DNA of 64,000 bases from Candidatus Poribacteria bacterium (GCA_965214095.1 OZ243938.1:3264001-3328000), one strand, 5' to 3'; shown: positions 28,427-39,599, numbered from the stretch's first letter. Notes: a model not told the origin generated them from the letters alone. Numbers and translations are program-made.

Positions 28427-28492
28427 ATATTAGAGATTTCTGCTGTCGTAGAGATTCCTTCCGATGGAAATCTGGAGTCTGCTATCAGTTTT

Positions 28493-29743
28493 CTAATTTT
28501 GTGAAATCCATTTGATGCGTGCGCCGTCCCCAACGTTGCATACATAAATTTCTGGTTCAATACCAGTGCGTTGTGTATACTCTTTCATTACCCGATTATG
28601 TAACGTCTCTACTGCATCTTGATAGACTAAATTCACTGTACATCCACCAAATCCTGCACCTGTCATTCTTGCACCGATGACACCCTCAATACTTTGCGCG
28701 ATTTCTGTTAGTATGTTTAATTCATCACAACTCACTTCATAAGCGTCCCGTAGTCCTGCGTGTGATTCATTCATCAGTGTGCCAAAGGTGCTGATATTCT
28801 TGGTTGTGAGAGCATTTACAGCCGTTTGTACACGTGTGTTCTCCTCAACAACGTACCTACACCTTTTTTGTGTAATTTGTGGTAGTTCTGCTTCATATTT
28901 TTTGAAATCGTCCAGTGTCACATCGCGAAGGGAAGTAATAGAAGGCATCCATTGTTGCATAATTTCAACTCCCTTCTCACATTCAGCACGACGTTTATTA
29001 TACTCTGAGGAGGCGAGTTCACGTTTGACATTTGTATTACAAATTACAAGCAGAATATCTTCCAAGTTGAGTGGAACATGTTTGTATTCAAGAGAACGGC
29101 AATCCAAAAACAGGGCGTAGTCTGTTTTTCCTAATAGCGATATTGAGGGGTCCATAATTCCGCAGTTGACACCAGCAAATTCGTGTTCTGTGCGTTGACA
29201 AAGCGCGGCTAACTCGGTAGGGGGTAGTTCAATTTTAGTTGCCTCACTATTGGTATTTATTTCTGTTCCATCTAACTGTAGACTGCACACTCCCAAGAAA
29301 GCAAGTGTTGAAGCGACTGAAAGTGCTGCGGAGGAACTGAGTCCTGCCCCAATCGGTACATCACCAGAAATAATGCCGGACATACCCATTAACGTGTGAT
29401 CAATTTCATTCAAAACCTGTTCTTGCAATAGATGTGCAACACCCTTTAAATAATTACTCCAAGCAGGTGTATCCGATGTGTCAACCGTATCCAGACTGAA
29501 GGTATATTCTTCATCCATATCTAACGCGTGTAGATGCACTTGACGGTCAGGTCGCTTGCCACCGACAATGTGGATGTATTTATCAATTGCAACTGGAAAT
29601 ACGAAACCATCATTATAGTCTGTATGTTCACCGATGAGATTAACGCGTCCTGGGGCAGAAACGATGAATTCTGGAGAATGACCGAAACGGTTAATAAATT
29701 CCAGTTTCAATCTATTGATATTTTCAGGTTCTTTTTTTCTCAT
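28493..29743 (-). CDS. galK: Galactokinase
   Basis: APGRVNLIGEHTDYN, GAGLSSSAA and GARMTGAGFGG; start set at MRKKE. Confidence 0.95.
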   Translation of the reverse strand: MRKKEPENINRLKLEFINRFGHSPEFIVSAPGRVNLIGEHTDYNDGFVFPVAIDKYIHIVGGKRPDRQVHLHALDMDEEYTFSLDTVDTSDTPAWSNYLKGVAHLLQEQVLNEIDHTLMGMSGIISGDVPIGAGLSSSAALSVASTLAFLGVCSLQLDGTEINTNSEATKIELPPTELAALCQRTEHEFAGVNCGIMDPSISLLGKTDYALFLDCRSLEYKHVPLNLEDILLVICNTNVKRELASSEYNKRRAECEKGVEIMQQWMPSITSLRDVTLDDFKKYEAELPQITQKRCRYVVEENTRVQTAVNALTTKNISTFGTLMNESHAGLRDAYEVSCDELNILTEIAQSIEGVIGARMTGAGFGGCTVNLVYQDAVETLHNRVMKEYTQRTGIEPEIYVCNVGDGARIKWISQN

Positions 29744-29786
29744 TTGATATTTTAAGTGGATGGAACTTGATCTGTGTTTTTCAGGA

Positions 29787-30551
29787 TCAATCCTTAATAG
29801 GTGTAGCAGCAAAGAACTTTAGTAATTTTACTACCATCGTGTACAACTCTGTTCGCGGAACATAACAGTCTACACTAATATCCGGTGTGATTTCTCTATT
29901 CTTCTCAGGCAGGAGTTGCTCTTCAGGAGCATGCAATGCGGGTTGTGGATTGATTCGCGCCATATTTTCCGTTTTAGATTCATTTTCTGCAATTACGATT
30001 TCTCCAACTGGAAGATGTGTGGTAAGTTGCGGAACATCTGTCTCTGTCAATATAGTTAGGTGTGGAAGAGATACCTCTGCTAACTCCTCCAACTGTATCA
30101 TCAGTGGAATAATTTCATTAAAGGAACATTGTGTTTCAGTTGGACTTGCTGTAATAACAGAAAGTAGAGGTATTGATTTCGCCAAGGCATTTCTGATTGT
30201 CTCAGAAAAAACACTTAGATGCCGATGTTCAAGCGTAGTTTCGGGTTGTAGTATAAACAGACTCACTGGATAACCTTCAATATTCTCTTCAATGCTAATT
30301 ACATCAATTGTTATTGCATTTTCGTTGTTTATGTCATTTGAATTCGTATCTGTAGTATCATTTGATGTATCATCACCCCGTAAGAGTTTAATACGATTTT
30401 CAATAGATATAACAAATAGTTTTTTGCACTTCGGACAGGTAAAACTATTGCGTTCTAACTCTCCTCTAAATGCTACTTCACCACAGTATTTGCATTTTTG
30501 CCATAAACTGATGTTATCTTCAGTGACTTCTGTGCTTCGGACTGTTTCCAT
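29787..30551 (-). CDS. AccD-like protein with intact Zn ribbon and degenerate carboxyltransferase domain
   Basis: LWQKCKYC...ELERN.FTCPKC...RIKLL matches the AccD N-terminus; GGSMG and GGARMQEG motifs are absent. Confidence 0.7.
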   Translation of the reverse strand: METVRSTEVTEDNISLWQKCKYCGEVAFRGELERNSFTCPKCKKLFVISIENRIKLLRGDDTSNDTTDTNSNDINNENAITIDVISIEENIEGYPVSLFILQPETTLEHRHLSVFSETIRNALAKSIPLLSVITASPTETQCSFNEIIPLMIQLEELAEVSLPHLTILTETDVPQLTTHLPVGEIVIAENESKTENMARINPQPALHAPEEQLLPEKNREITPDISVDCYVPRTELYTMVVKLLKFFAATPIKD

Positions 30552-30590
30552 TTTTCAACCAAGTAAATTCGTAAATGTAATATCTTTAAA

Positions 30591-30935
30591 CTATAAAAAA
30601 CTTGCTATTGCATCTGCTTCTGTGTCGTAACGGTCAAAAATTGTTACAAGTTTTGCCATAATGATGAGACTTCTGATGTTTCCTCCAATATTGAGGAGAA
30701 CAATTCTGCCATTATTACGTTTGATAGATGCATAGGCTGCGACAATGACTCCTAACCCGGAACTATCCATCATTTGTACACGTTCCAAATTCAAGATCAT
30801 AAACACCGGTTGCCCGCGTGCTTCACGAACTTGGTCGTCAATGGCGTTTTTCAGTGCGATGGTGTTAGGACCAACAAGGTTTCCTTCAACATCTAAAATA
30901 ATAACACTCCCTTTATGCCGTAAGTTGATTTGCAT
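30591..30935 (-). CDS. STAS-domain anti-sigma-factor antagonist (RsbV/SpoIIAA-like)
   Basis: MMDSSGLG motif with the phosphorylatable Ser. Confidence 0.9.
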   Translation of the reverse strand: MQINLRHKGSVIILDVEGNLVGPNTIALKNAIDDQVREARGQPVFMILNLERVQMMDSSGLGVIVAAYASIKRNNGRIVLLNIGGNIRSLIIMAKLVTIFDRYDTEADAIASFL

Positions 30936-31077
30936 AAATTCTCCTTTCTCCTTGAATGTTCATCTGAATCATCAGCACGTGAAGAATTGGATATAGGACA
31001 AGGTGCTTTGTTAATCTGTATACTGTTTACCTCAGTATAGTCTTCAACCATCTTTCTGGTATGTAACAAATTCAGAA

Positions 31078-31491
31078 TTACTTATATTTAACCATTTTGA
31101 CGATGGTACCGTTAGCCTCGAATTCTACCTCGTCCATGCATGCTTCCATCAGGAAAATGCCACGTCCGCTACTTTTGAGCAGGTTCTCAGGTTCAAGAGG
31201 GTTTGCGACCTCCTCGCGTTCAAACCCAATTCCTTCATCTGTTACGACAATTGTAAGTCTATCCTTATCTATAAGAAACTCAAAAATAGCGGTCTTATTG
31301 ATGTCTTCTTTATTGCCGTGTTTGATCGCGTTTGTCCCTGCTTCAATGACAGCGAGATTCACATGTTCCTGCGCTTCTTCATTAAAATCCATCTCTCTCA
31401 GAATATCGCTAATAACAGTGTCAAGTAGATAAATCAACTGCATTGTGCTTGGGAGAGAAAGTTGAATTCGCCATTGCTTATTCTCGCCCAC
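31078..31491 (-). CDS. Anti-sigma factor / Ser kinase (RsbW-like HATPase)
   Basis: EAGTNAIKHG, DEGIGF and GRGIFLM motifs. Confidence 0.9.
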   Translation of the reverse strand: MGENKQWRIQLSLPSTMQLIYLLDTVISDILREMDFNEEAQEHVNLAVIEAGTNAIKHGNKEDINKTAIFEFLIDKDRLTIVVTDEGIGFEREEVANPLEPENLLKSSGRGIFLMEACMDEVEFEANGTIVKMVKYK

Positions 31492-31567
31492 GAGTTATGC
31501 TCCTTCCTTGCGAATGCAAAGTTGCCGCGCTGAATTTTTTGTAGTATCAGTGTTCTCGATCATTTTG

Positions 31568-32818
31568 TTATGCTATCTTAGATTCAGTGCGTTTAATTAC
31601 AACTACGGCGCGGTCATCCTTAAGTTGTGTTGTCCCACTAAATTCTAAAAGTTCATTTTCAAGTATTTCACATAGAGATTCTGCGGGTAATGTTATATTT
31701 TTTGAGAAGCATTCAATCAAACGTTCTTCTCCATAAAATTCATTTGGTATTTTCCCCTCTGTTTCGGTTACACCATCAGTATAAAGTAATAGGACATCTC
31801 CTGGCGTTAATAGACATGTATCAAAAGAAAAAGTGGCAATATCGAATGCCCCTATTAACATTCCACCCGTTTCAAGCAACTCAACCTTATCCGGACTTTT
31901 ATCGGGGTGTTCTGTATTTGCTGATTCTACAATGAAATGGATTGGTGGACAGTGTCCACCGTTGGCATAAGTAAATTTTCCTGTCTCTAATTCTAATATG
32001 CCGTATACTATTGTAGCAAATTGTTCAAGGTCGGTGTTGTGAAAAAGTAAGGTATTAATTCGTTTTAGGATGGTAGCGGGACAGTGTGCTTGATTACTCA
32101 GCAACCGTGAAGCTGTCTGGATCATGACCATTAAGAGTGCAGCGGGAATTCCATGTCCTTTAACATCCCCTAAGACTACTCCAATGCTTGTATCTGTGAG
32201 AGGGATAAAATCGTAGAAATCTCCAGAGACAGAAGTAGAACTTCGGAACAGTGTTGCAAAATCAAACCCTTGATATGTTGGTGGTTTTTCAGGTAGTAAT
32301 TTCAGTTGTATTTCGGCAGCTGCTTGTAGATGTGTACCGAGTTCCGCAACACCCTCTTCACTGAAACTGTCACCCATAGCGTTGATTAGCGGATTGATGT
32401 ACTTCACGGGTCGCGTTCGTCCCAGTACTGCGTTAATTCGAGCGGTTACCTCTCGTAAATCAAAGGGTTTTGTAATATAGTCGTCTCCCCCAATTTCCAA
32501 ACCGCGTAATTTATCCTCAGTCTGTGTCTTTGCGGTCAACCAAAGTACAGGAATAGACCGTGTCTCAGTATCTTCTTTCAACCGTTTTATAACTTCTAAT
32601 CCATCCATCTGTGGCATCATGACATCAAGCAGGATGAGGTCTGGTTGAATAGTTTTTGCGTTATGTATCCCGCTTAGACCATCACCTGCAGTAACGACAT
32701 TGAACCCATCTGAAGCTAAGCTCATTTCAAGCAGAGCCAGAATATCAGAGTCGTCATCAATAACTAAAATAGTTTCTGCTTGCTCTATAGGGTTAGATGT
32801 ATAAATTGTTTCGGACAT
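31568..32818 (-). CDS. Response regulator receiver + PP2C/SpoIIE phosphatase (RsbU/RsbY-like)
   Basis: REC domain (LLDVMMP, KPF); SGDFYD, GDVKGHG, YTDGVTE and DD motifs. Confidence 0.92.
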   Translation of the reverse strand: MSETIYTSNPIEQAETILVIDDDSDILALLEMSLASDGFNVVTAGDGLSGIHNAKTIQPDLILLDVMMPQMDGLEVIKRLKEDTETRSIPVLWLTAKTQTEDKLRGLEIGGDDYITKPFDLREVTARINAVLGRTRPVKYINPLINAMGDSFSEEGVAELGTHLQAAAEIQLKLLPEKPPTYQGFDFATLFRSSTSVSGDFYDFIPLTDTSIGVVLGDVKGHGIPAALLMVMIQTASRLLSNQAHCPATILKRINTLLFHNTDLEQFATIVYGILELETGKFTYANGGHCPPIHFIVESANTEHPDKSPDKVELLETGGMLIGAFDIATFSFDTCLLTPGDVLLLYTDGVTETEGKIPNEFYGEERLIECFSKNITLPAESLCEILENELLEFSGTTQLKDDRAVVVIKRTESKIA

Positions 32819-32954
32819 CTCTAATCACCTTCATAATGAGTTTGATATTGGTTGTAGTTGATCTGATTATTGTCTGAACAGCATCTTCTTGGTATTCTCA
32901 ATCAATGATTTGTGAGATACGTTCTATTTATTTTTTCAAAATTGCATAAGCCCT

Positions 32955-35435
32955 TTATGATAAAAACGGAATCCAGAATTGAAAGTTGCATCCTTTTTCA
33001 TCTTCCCCAGCATCCACCCAGATTTTTCCTTTGTGTGCTTCAACAAATCCGCGTGCGATTGAAAGTCCTAAACCTGTTCCTCCCTGTTCGCGAGTTTGAA
33101 CATTACCAAGTTGTTGGAATTTATCGAATATGTTTTCACGTTCTTGAGGAGGTATTCCAGGTCCTGTGTCAATTACTTCCACGTGGATACCTTCCAGGTC
33201 ATCGGTGTCAGAAGTCGTATTCTCAAGCGGACATTTCTTGTTCGATATTTTGATTGTAACGTTCCCGTTTGGTGGTGTAAATTTTATTGCATTTCCAACG
33301 AGATTTGTGATTATTTGCCCGATTCGTTCTTCGTCTCCTGTTAGTTGAGGTAAATCAGGTTGAACCCTCAAGTCTAAGTTAATTGTCTTTTCATCAGCCT
33401 GTGGTTTAAGTTCTTCAAGTCGTTGTTGTGTGATTTCTGCAAGATCAACAGGTTCAAGATTCATCACGATACGTCCTGCTTCGATGCGAGAAATATCCAG
33501 CAAATCGTTAATCATCATTGCGAGACGTTTTGATTGACGATGGACGCGTGTTAGACTAAGTTGCTGATCTTTGTTCAGCGGTCCTGCTTTTCCATCAAGT
33601 ATCAGTGAAATGAAACCGATGATTGAAGTCAAAGGTGTACGTAATTCATGGGAAACAAGTGCTACAAAATCGGATTTCATTTGATCTATTTCATGTTCAC
33701 GTGTAATATCGTCAAAGACATAAACCATTCCTGCCATTTCTGTATTTTCATCATTAGTTGTTGTCTGAATTGATGAGAAATAACTTGTTACTACCCGGAG
33801 CACCCGATTTTTACCTTCCTGATCTAAGTTAATTTCAACAGTTGCTCGTGTATCTTTACCGTGTGTATTTGCTAAAACAGTTAGATCTGTGGTACTGAGT
33901 AATTCGGTAAAGCGATCAGGAAACTGTGATGTATCACTATAGTTAAGCAATTGTTTGGCGGCAGGGTTAAAATAGAGTATATGGTCATGTGTGTCAACAA
34001 CGATGAGTCCTTCACTGAGACAATCCACAATTGCGGTCATCTGTTGTTCGGCGTTGATAAGTTTCTCAACAGCGATTTTCAGGTTGTGGTGCATTTCGTT
34101 AAATTCATGTGCCAGCATTCCGACTTCGTTTCTGCTTTCTGCAGCAATTAACTCGGTTTCCTCATCTTTGAACCATCGCATATTTGCTATATTTTTTCGA
34201 ACTTGATCAGATTCTTCTTGTACTACCTGTTTTGCTTCTTGTCCAATACGTTTTGCGGTTTCTGCAAGCTGCATTACAGGTAAGGAAATCCGTTGTGCTG
34301 CGACATAGGCGACAGGTACAACGATGAGACATGAGAGTATTGTCACCCAAAATACATATTGATTCAATTTATTAACACCTGCATACGCCTCTGAACTTGG
34401 ATATGAAACAAAAACGATCCAATTTGCGAAATTCTGTTCTTTTTTCCACGGTTGCCATCTTGAAGGTGTTGTTCGTGCCCATCCATATACACGCATTTCA
34501 TTATTTTTGTCGGATTCGCCTTGTACCACATAACCGTAAGTTTCACCTTCCCGTCCTTTTTTCGCTTCTGCAATTGCTTTTGCGACTGCTTGTTCAAAAC
34601 GCATTTCCTGATTTATTCTATAACCGCTTTCCTCTGATGCAGCGACGATGATTCCTGATTGTGATGTTAAAATTGTTTGTGTATTCATATCTTCCATCGA
34701 TTCAACTACATTAGAGAGTTCTGGTATTGAAAAGGTAACCTTTAGTACGCCAATAGTATTCTTTTCTTGTGTTGACGGTCTTCTTTGACTGCCATCTCGG
34801 ATAGGGAGTGCTATGGTGAGATAGTGTATTTCCCGTGTCTCATCATATTGGACATCTTCAGCATAATCAAAACCGTATTCTTTGCTCAATGCATGATCCC
34901 ACCACACTTCCTCCTTAACTTGGGTTGGTAATTCATTTCTTTTATAGTCAATATTAGGATTGTTTGAACGTAGAACATATCCATCAACATTTGTAATCGT
35001 TACTTCACTTGTAATTACTGTTGCTCCATTTCTGTCTCTATTTCTTTCACCTCTGTTTCTAAATCCTCTTCTGGGACGACCTGCATAGGTTTCTAACAAC
35101 CGGATACTATCCTCCAAGTTTCCTCTTACCTCCCAAAAGACATCCTTGTCTACATTAGCAGCATTAGCTTTTATTACTTCTGGTCGGAGATTTGATAGTT
35201 CGTTCCGAATGTTTCTAACTCTCTGAAAAATAGCGCGATCAGCAAGAAACAACTTTTCTCGTGCCAGTAAAGCCAAACTTTCTCCGACATTTCTTTTCAG
35301 AGCATTTCCACCCAATGCTTTGATAGTCAGTGAAACAACTAACAAAGGCGCAAGCGAAACGATTAGAAATAGAACTACTTGTTGACCACGCAGTCCCATT
35401 TTAAACCAAGAATGTGCAGGTTTTTTGTTTTCCAT
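32955..35435 (-). CDS. Membrane sensor histidine kinase (Cache-like, HAMP, PAS, HisKA, HATPase)
   Basis: Two TM helices; SHELRTPL, NLVGNAIKF, DTGPGI and GGTGLGL motifs. Confidence 0.93.
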   Translation of the reverse strand: MENKKPAHSWFKMGLRGQQVVLFLIVSLAPLLVVSLTIKALGGNALKRNVGESLALLAREKLFLADRAIFQRVRNIRNELSNLRPEVIKANAANVDKDVFWEVRGNLEDSIRLLETYAGRPRRGFRNRGERNRDRNGATVITSEVTITNVDGYVLRSNNPNIDYKRNELPTQVKEEVWWDHALSKEYGFDYAEDVQYDETREIHYLTIALPIRDGSQRRPSTQEKNTIGVLKVTFSIPELSNVVESMEDMNTQTILTSQSGIIVAASEESGYRINQEMRFEQAVAKAIAEAKKGREGETYGYVVQGESDKNNEMRVYGWARTTPSRWQPWKKEQNFANWIVFVSYPSSEAYAGVNKLNQYVFWVTILSCLIVVPVAYVAAQRISLPVMQLAETAKRIGQEAKQVVQEESDQVRKNIANMRWFKDEETELIAAESRNEVGMLAHEFNEMHHNLKIAVEKLINAEQQMTAIVDCLSEGLIVVDTHDHILYFNPAAKQLLNYSDTSQFPDRFTELLSTTDLTVLANTHGKDTRATVEINLDQEGKNRVLRVVTSYFSSIQTTTNDENTEMAGMVYVFDDITREHEIDQMKSDFVALVSHELRTPLTSIIGFISLILDGKAGPLNKDQQLSLTRVHRQSKRLAMMINDLLDISRIEAGRIVMNLEPVDLAEITQQRLEELKPQADEKTINLDLRVQPDLPQLTGDEERIGQIITNLVGNAIKFTPPNGNVTIKISNKKCPLENTTSDTDDLEGIHVEVIDTGPGIPPQERENIFDKFQQLGNVQTREQGGTGLGLSIARGFVEAHKGKIWVDAGEDEKGCNFQFWIPFLS

Positions 35436-35482
35436 CCCTGCTCTCCTATAAGGTGTACGCTCCTGAAATGCCTGTTTTTGAC

Positions 35483-35818
35483 TTAAACAACAGCATCGTA
35501 TGCTGCTTCTTCAGTTTCATAAATTTCTAAAATTGATTTAAGACGTGTAACTTCCAATATACTGCTAACAGCTTTCTGTGGATTTAGCAGTACCAGTTTT
35601 CCACCGGATCTTTGCACAACTTGAAATGCAAGAATAATGACACCCAAGCCAGTGCTGTCAAGGAGTGGGACGTCCGTTAGATCAAGAATTAATTTGTTAT
35701 TACCATTTTGTAGCTGCTGTTCAATTTCGTCCTGCAGCTGATCCGCGATAGTACCGATGATTTTGCCTTGAGCGTGTAAAATTGCAGTATTTTGAACGTC
35801 CGATGTAATATGAAACAT
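35483..35818 (-). CDS. STAS-domain anti-sigma-factor antagonist
   Basis: LLDSTGLG motif; AAGGAG RBS before MFHIT. Confidence 0.88.
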   Translation of the reverse strand: MFHITSDVQNTAILHAQGKIIGTIADQLQDEIEQQLQNGNNKLILDLTDVPLLDSTGLGVIILAFQVVQRSGGKLVLLNPQKAVSSILEVTRLKSILEIYETEEAAYDAVV

Positions 35819-35904
35819 TGCATAAAACTCCTTCCCTACTGAACTGCTATTTCTAAAACACACGTATGTCTAAAAGTATGTCTATGTATAGAACATGGTA
35901 GTCA

Positions 35905-36588
35905 TTATAGGCTATTAGTCCATGTATTGCTGCGACTCACTACAACATAAGTACGTTTTAGTTTTTCAATACGGCTTGTGTGTATGTTTTCAATTTCTGC
36001 TCCAAGTTCATGCAGGACTCTCTTACTATGAGATATTTCAGTATTATGTTCTGTTGATTTATACGCTATCCATTTCCCTGTTGCATTTAGTAATGGCAAG
36101 CAGTAGTGCGCCGATTTGTCCAGTGAGGCTACATAACGGGTCAAAACCCAATCGTAAGCGTTGATAAATTCATCTGTTTCAGCACAAATTTCTGCACGTT
36201 TTGCGATAACCTGGATTGAAGCGTCTATGTTTAGTTGCGAAATCAAATAGTTTAAAAATGCCACCTTTTTCTCAGAAGCCTCGACAAGCGTTAGACAGAT
36301 AGATGGAATATATATTTTAATAACAATACCCGGAAATCCTGCGCCAGTTCCAATGTCAATTACTTCTTGGTTCTCTGTGATTGAAAAATGTTCAAGGATG
36401 CTGATAGAATCGAGAAAATGTTTATATATCACCTCAGAGTCATCATGAAGCGCGGTAAGATTTATACGAGTATTCCACCTTTTCAGTTCTGTGCGATAAA
36501 TGGTCAATTGTTCAATTTGCTCAGATGTAAGTGGAAATCCATGTCTGTTGAACACTTCATCAAGTTGATTTTGGAACTGTGTTTTCAT
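35905..36588 (-). CDS. rsmG: 16S rRNA m7G527 methyltransferase
   Basis: INLTA, HFLDS and DIGTGAGFPG motifs; directly follows mnmG. Confidence 0.93.
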   Translation of the reverse strand: MKTQFQNQLDEVFNRHGFPLTSEQIEQLTIYRTELKRWNTRINLTALHDDSEVIYKHFLDSISILEHFSITENQEVIDIGTGAGFPGIVIKIYIPSICLTLVEASEKKVAFLNYLISQLNIDASIQVIAKRAEICAETDEFINAYDWVLTRYVASLDKSAHYCLPLLNATGKWIAYKSTEHNTEISHSKRVLHELGAEIENIHTSRIEKLKRTYVVVSRSNTWTNSL

Positions 36589-36618
36589 GCTTCCTGTTTG
36601 TCAGTGTTGCCTTTACCT

Positions 36619-38505
36619 CTATGATGCTGAGATCTGTCTATGCTGATGTAGCATAACCATTAAAATTGAGATGTCCGCAGGTGACACACCTGGAAGTCGT
36701 GATGCTTGTCCTATTGACGCTGGACGAATTTTCTCCAAGTTCTCACGTGCCTCAGTTTTCAGTCCACGCACATCTACATAGTTGAAATTATCTGGTATTC
36801 GTAGATTTTCCATTTTTTTGAATTGGTGAATTTGCCGTTGTTGTCGTTGTATGTAGCCATCATATTTAATCTGAATTTCTACCTGTTCTTTCACCGAAGG
36901 CGACAGTTCTTCGTCAGATGGAGCTAACCGTGCTACATGTTCGTAGCAAAGTTCTGGTCGTTTCAGCAGATCTGCAAGTGCTGTAGGTTTTTTCAACTCA
37001 CCAGTTTCAACAATGTCTGCTAACTGATCAATAGTTTCTGTGTTTGGTGTCAAACGCGTTTGGTCTAAACGAGTTAATTCAGAGTTGATAGATGCAGCCT
37101 TTTTTTGAAATCTGTCATAAGTTTCATCATCAATCAGTCCTATTTGCCTTCCAATTTCGGTGAGTCTGAGATCGGCGTTGTCTTCTCTCAATGTTAACCG
37201 ATATTCCGCCCGTGATGTGAACATGCGGTAAGGTTCGCGTATATCCAATGTAACCAAATCGTCAATGAGAACGGCTATGTATGCTTCGGATCTATCAAGG
37301 ATGAGAGGGGCTTTTCCTTTGGCTTTCAATGCAGCATTTATTCCCGACATGAGTCCTTGTGCTGCGGCTTCCTCATAACCGGTAGTGCCGTTGAGTTGTC
37401 CTGCGAAATAGAGTCCAGGAACAGTTTTAGTTTCAAGAGTGGGTTTGAGTTGTGTGGCTGGTGCAAAGTCATATTCAACAGCATAACCGAATCGCATGAT
37501 TTCAGCATTTTCTAAACCTTTGATACTATGTACCATATCCACTTGAACGTCTTCAGGTAAACTTGCGGAGATGCCGTTTAGGTATATTTCATCTGTATTT
37601 AATCCTTCTGGTTCGATGAAGACTTGGTGCTCTGTTTTTTCTGCGAAACGGGTAACTTTATCTTCTATAGAGGGACAATAGCGAGGACCAATGCCAACGA
37701 TACGACCACTGTACATTGCTGAACGGTGCAGATTATTTCGTATCACATCATGTGTTTTCTCATTGGTGTAGGTCAGATAGCACGGAACTTGCGGTTGTGT
37801 TATTCGTTCAGTGGAGAAAGAGAAAGGGAGTGGGTTTTCATCACCGGGTTGGGTTTCCATTTGGTCGGTGTCAATGGAGTGTGCATTGACGCGAGGCGGT
37901 GTGCCTGTTTTGAGTCTGCCAATTTCAAATCCGAGATTGAGAAAACTATCAGAGAGTTTTTCTGCGGAGGACTCACCTGCCCTGCCAGCACTATATGACA
38001 CATCTCCGATATGGATTAATCCTCTCAGGAAAGTGCCTGTAGTTAGGATTACAGTATTTCCATAATATGCAGTTTGGGTTTGACTTTTAATGCCGATGCA
38101 TGTCCCATTTTCTACCAATAATTCTTCTACTAATACTTGCTTGATGTCAAGATGGTCCTGTTTTTCGAGGACACGTTTCATTTCATCTTGGTATGCCTTT
38201 TTGTCTGCTTGTGCGCGGCTGGACCGGACAGCGGGACCTTTTTTTGTGTTCAAACGGCGGAATTGAATACCGGTTTTATCAATGTTCTTTGCCATTTCTC
38301 CACCGAGTGCGTCTATTTCCTTGACAAGATGTCCCTTTGCGAGTCCACCGATAGCAGGATTGCATGACATCTTCGCAATCGTATCCAGATTGATAGTAAC
38401 GATGAGCGTTTCGCAACCCATGCGTGCAGCGGCGAGTGCTGCTTCACATCCAGCATGACCTGCTCCAACAACAATGACATCGTAATGTTTGTTATATATA
38501 TTCAT
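36619..38505 (-). CDS. mnmG: tRNA uridine-5-carboxymethylaminomethyl modification enzyme
   Basis: [32 protein letters not shown] and [12 protein letters not shown] motifs. Confidence 0.98.
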   Translation of the reverse strand: MNIYNKHYDVIVVGAGHAGCEAALAAARMGCETLIVTINLDTIAKMSCNPAIGGLAKGHLVKEIDALGGEMAKNIDKTGIQFRRLNTKKGPAVRSSRAQADKKAYQDEMKRVLEKQDHLDIKQVLVEELLVENGTCIGIKSQTQTAYYGNTVILTTGTFLRGLIHIGDVSYSAGRAGESSAEKLSDSFLNLGFEIGRLKTGTPPRVNAHSIDTDQMETQPGDENPLPFSFSTERITQPQVPCYLTYTNEKTHDVIRNNLHRSAMYSGRIVGIGPRYCPSIEDKVTRFAEKTEHQVFIEPEGLNTDEIYLNGISASLPEDVQVDMVHSIKGLENAEIMRFGYAVEYDFAPATQLKPTLETKTVPGLYFAGQLNGTTGYEEAAAQGLMSGINAALKAKGKAPLILDRSEAYIAVLIDDLVTLDIREPYRMFTSRAEYRLTLREDNADLRLTEIGRQIGLIDDETYDRFQKKAASINSELTRLDQTRLTPNTETIDQLADIVETGELKKPTALADLLKRPELCYEHVARLAPSDEELSPSVKEQVEIQIKYDGYIQRQQRQIHQFKKMENLRIPDNFNYVDVRGLKTEARENLEKIRPASIGQASRLPGVSPADISILMVMLHQHRQISAS

Positions 38506-38541
38506 GATCTGTCTTCTTGTAATAGATTTGTCGTTTGATGG

Positions 38542-39501
38542 TTAGAATCCTTCATAAATAATGTTAACAACCAGTTTGCCGACAATTTCCAGGCTTTTTG
38601 GACTGCATTTGTCTACTGTATCTTCAAGTGTGTGCCAATGCGGGTAATCAAAGTCAATGATATTGACCATAGGCACACCTGCTCTTATTAAGGGGACATG
38701 GTCATCCATCACTGCGGGACCATCTCTGTCTTGAAAGGGGTCTAAACCGAGTTTCTTTGCGCGTTTCCAAATTATATCCATGAATTCTGGATTTGCTGCC
38801 CAAGAGAATTGTTCTTTCGGTATTTCCAAATCCTTGTCTCCTATCATATCCAACAGGATTCCATAGTCTGGTCGCCATTTTCCCATATTTTTTGCGAAAT
38901 AAGTGGAACCGAGGAACATTTGATCTGTAGTTTTTCCATAGTCTTCACCATCAAATAATATTATGATGATACGACGCGGCGGTGGAGTTTCTTTTAATAT
39001 TCTTGCAATTTCCAGTAATACTGCGACACCTGATGCTCCATCATTGGCTCCAAGTATAGGTTCTCTTTGATTTTCACTGTTTGGGTCTTGATCAGCACAA
39101 GGACGTGTGTCCCAATGTGCTGCGAGGAGAAGTGTTTCAGGATGTTTGCTGCCAAATTCTGCGATGATGTTATTCATGTGGAGCGTTTTTCGTTGGGGTG
39201 GATCATCAATTGTGTCTACTTCAGAGGAATAAGGTTGAAGGGATACTGTATCTGCATATTTTTTTAGTTCGTTGAAAAGATAGTCCTTGGTTTTGGTGTG
39301 TGCATCTGATCCTGGTGGCCGTGGACCGAATTCGCACTGCTTTTTCAGCATATCAAAAGCACGGTTACCATCAAAAGGCAAATGTGTCTGTTGCGTTGGT
39401 GCATTTGCGGGTTCTGCACATGCCCAAGTGATGATTCCACAACACAGACATAAAATAAGAGCAGACATTTGTATGATTTTCATCTGTTTTGTACTCAGCA
39501 T
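38542..39501 (-). CDS. M28-family peptidase / glutaminyl-peptide cyclotransferase
   Basis: AHWDTRP, GANDGASGV, FDGEDYG, DDH and WHT motifs; signal peptide. Confidence 0.85.
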   Translation of the reverse strand: MLSTKQMKIIQMSALILCLCCGIITWACAEPANAPTQQTHLPFDGNRAFDMLKKQCEFGPRPPGSDAHTKTKDYLFNELKKYADTVSLQPYSSEVDTIDDPPQRKTLHMNNIIAEFGSKHPETLLLAAHWDTRPCADQDPNSENQREPILGANDGASGVAVLLEIARILKETPPPRRIIIILFDGEDYGKTTDQMFLGSTYFAKNMGKWRPDYGILLDMIGDKDLEIPKEQFSWAANPEFMDIIWKRAKKLGLDPFQDRDGPAVMDDHVPLIRAGVPMVNIIDFDYPHWHTLEDTVDKCSPKSLEIVGKLVVNIIYEGF

Positions 39502-39599
39502 TTTAAAAGTAAATAAGGAAATCAGAAATGAAATAAAAATGAATCAAACAATTTACCCCATCTGACTTCCGTTTTTGATAGTGATCCCTGTAAGTATTC

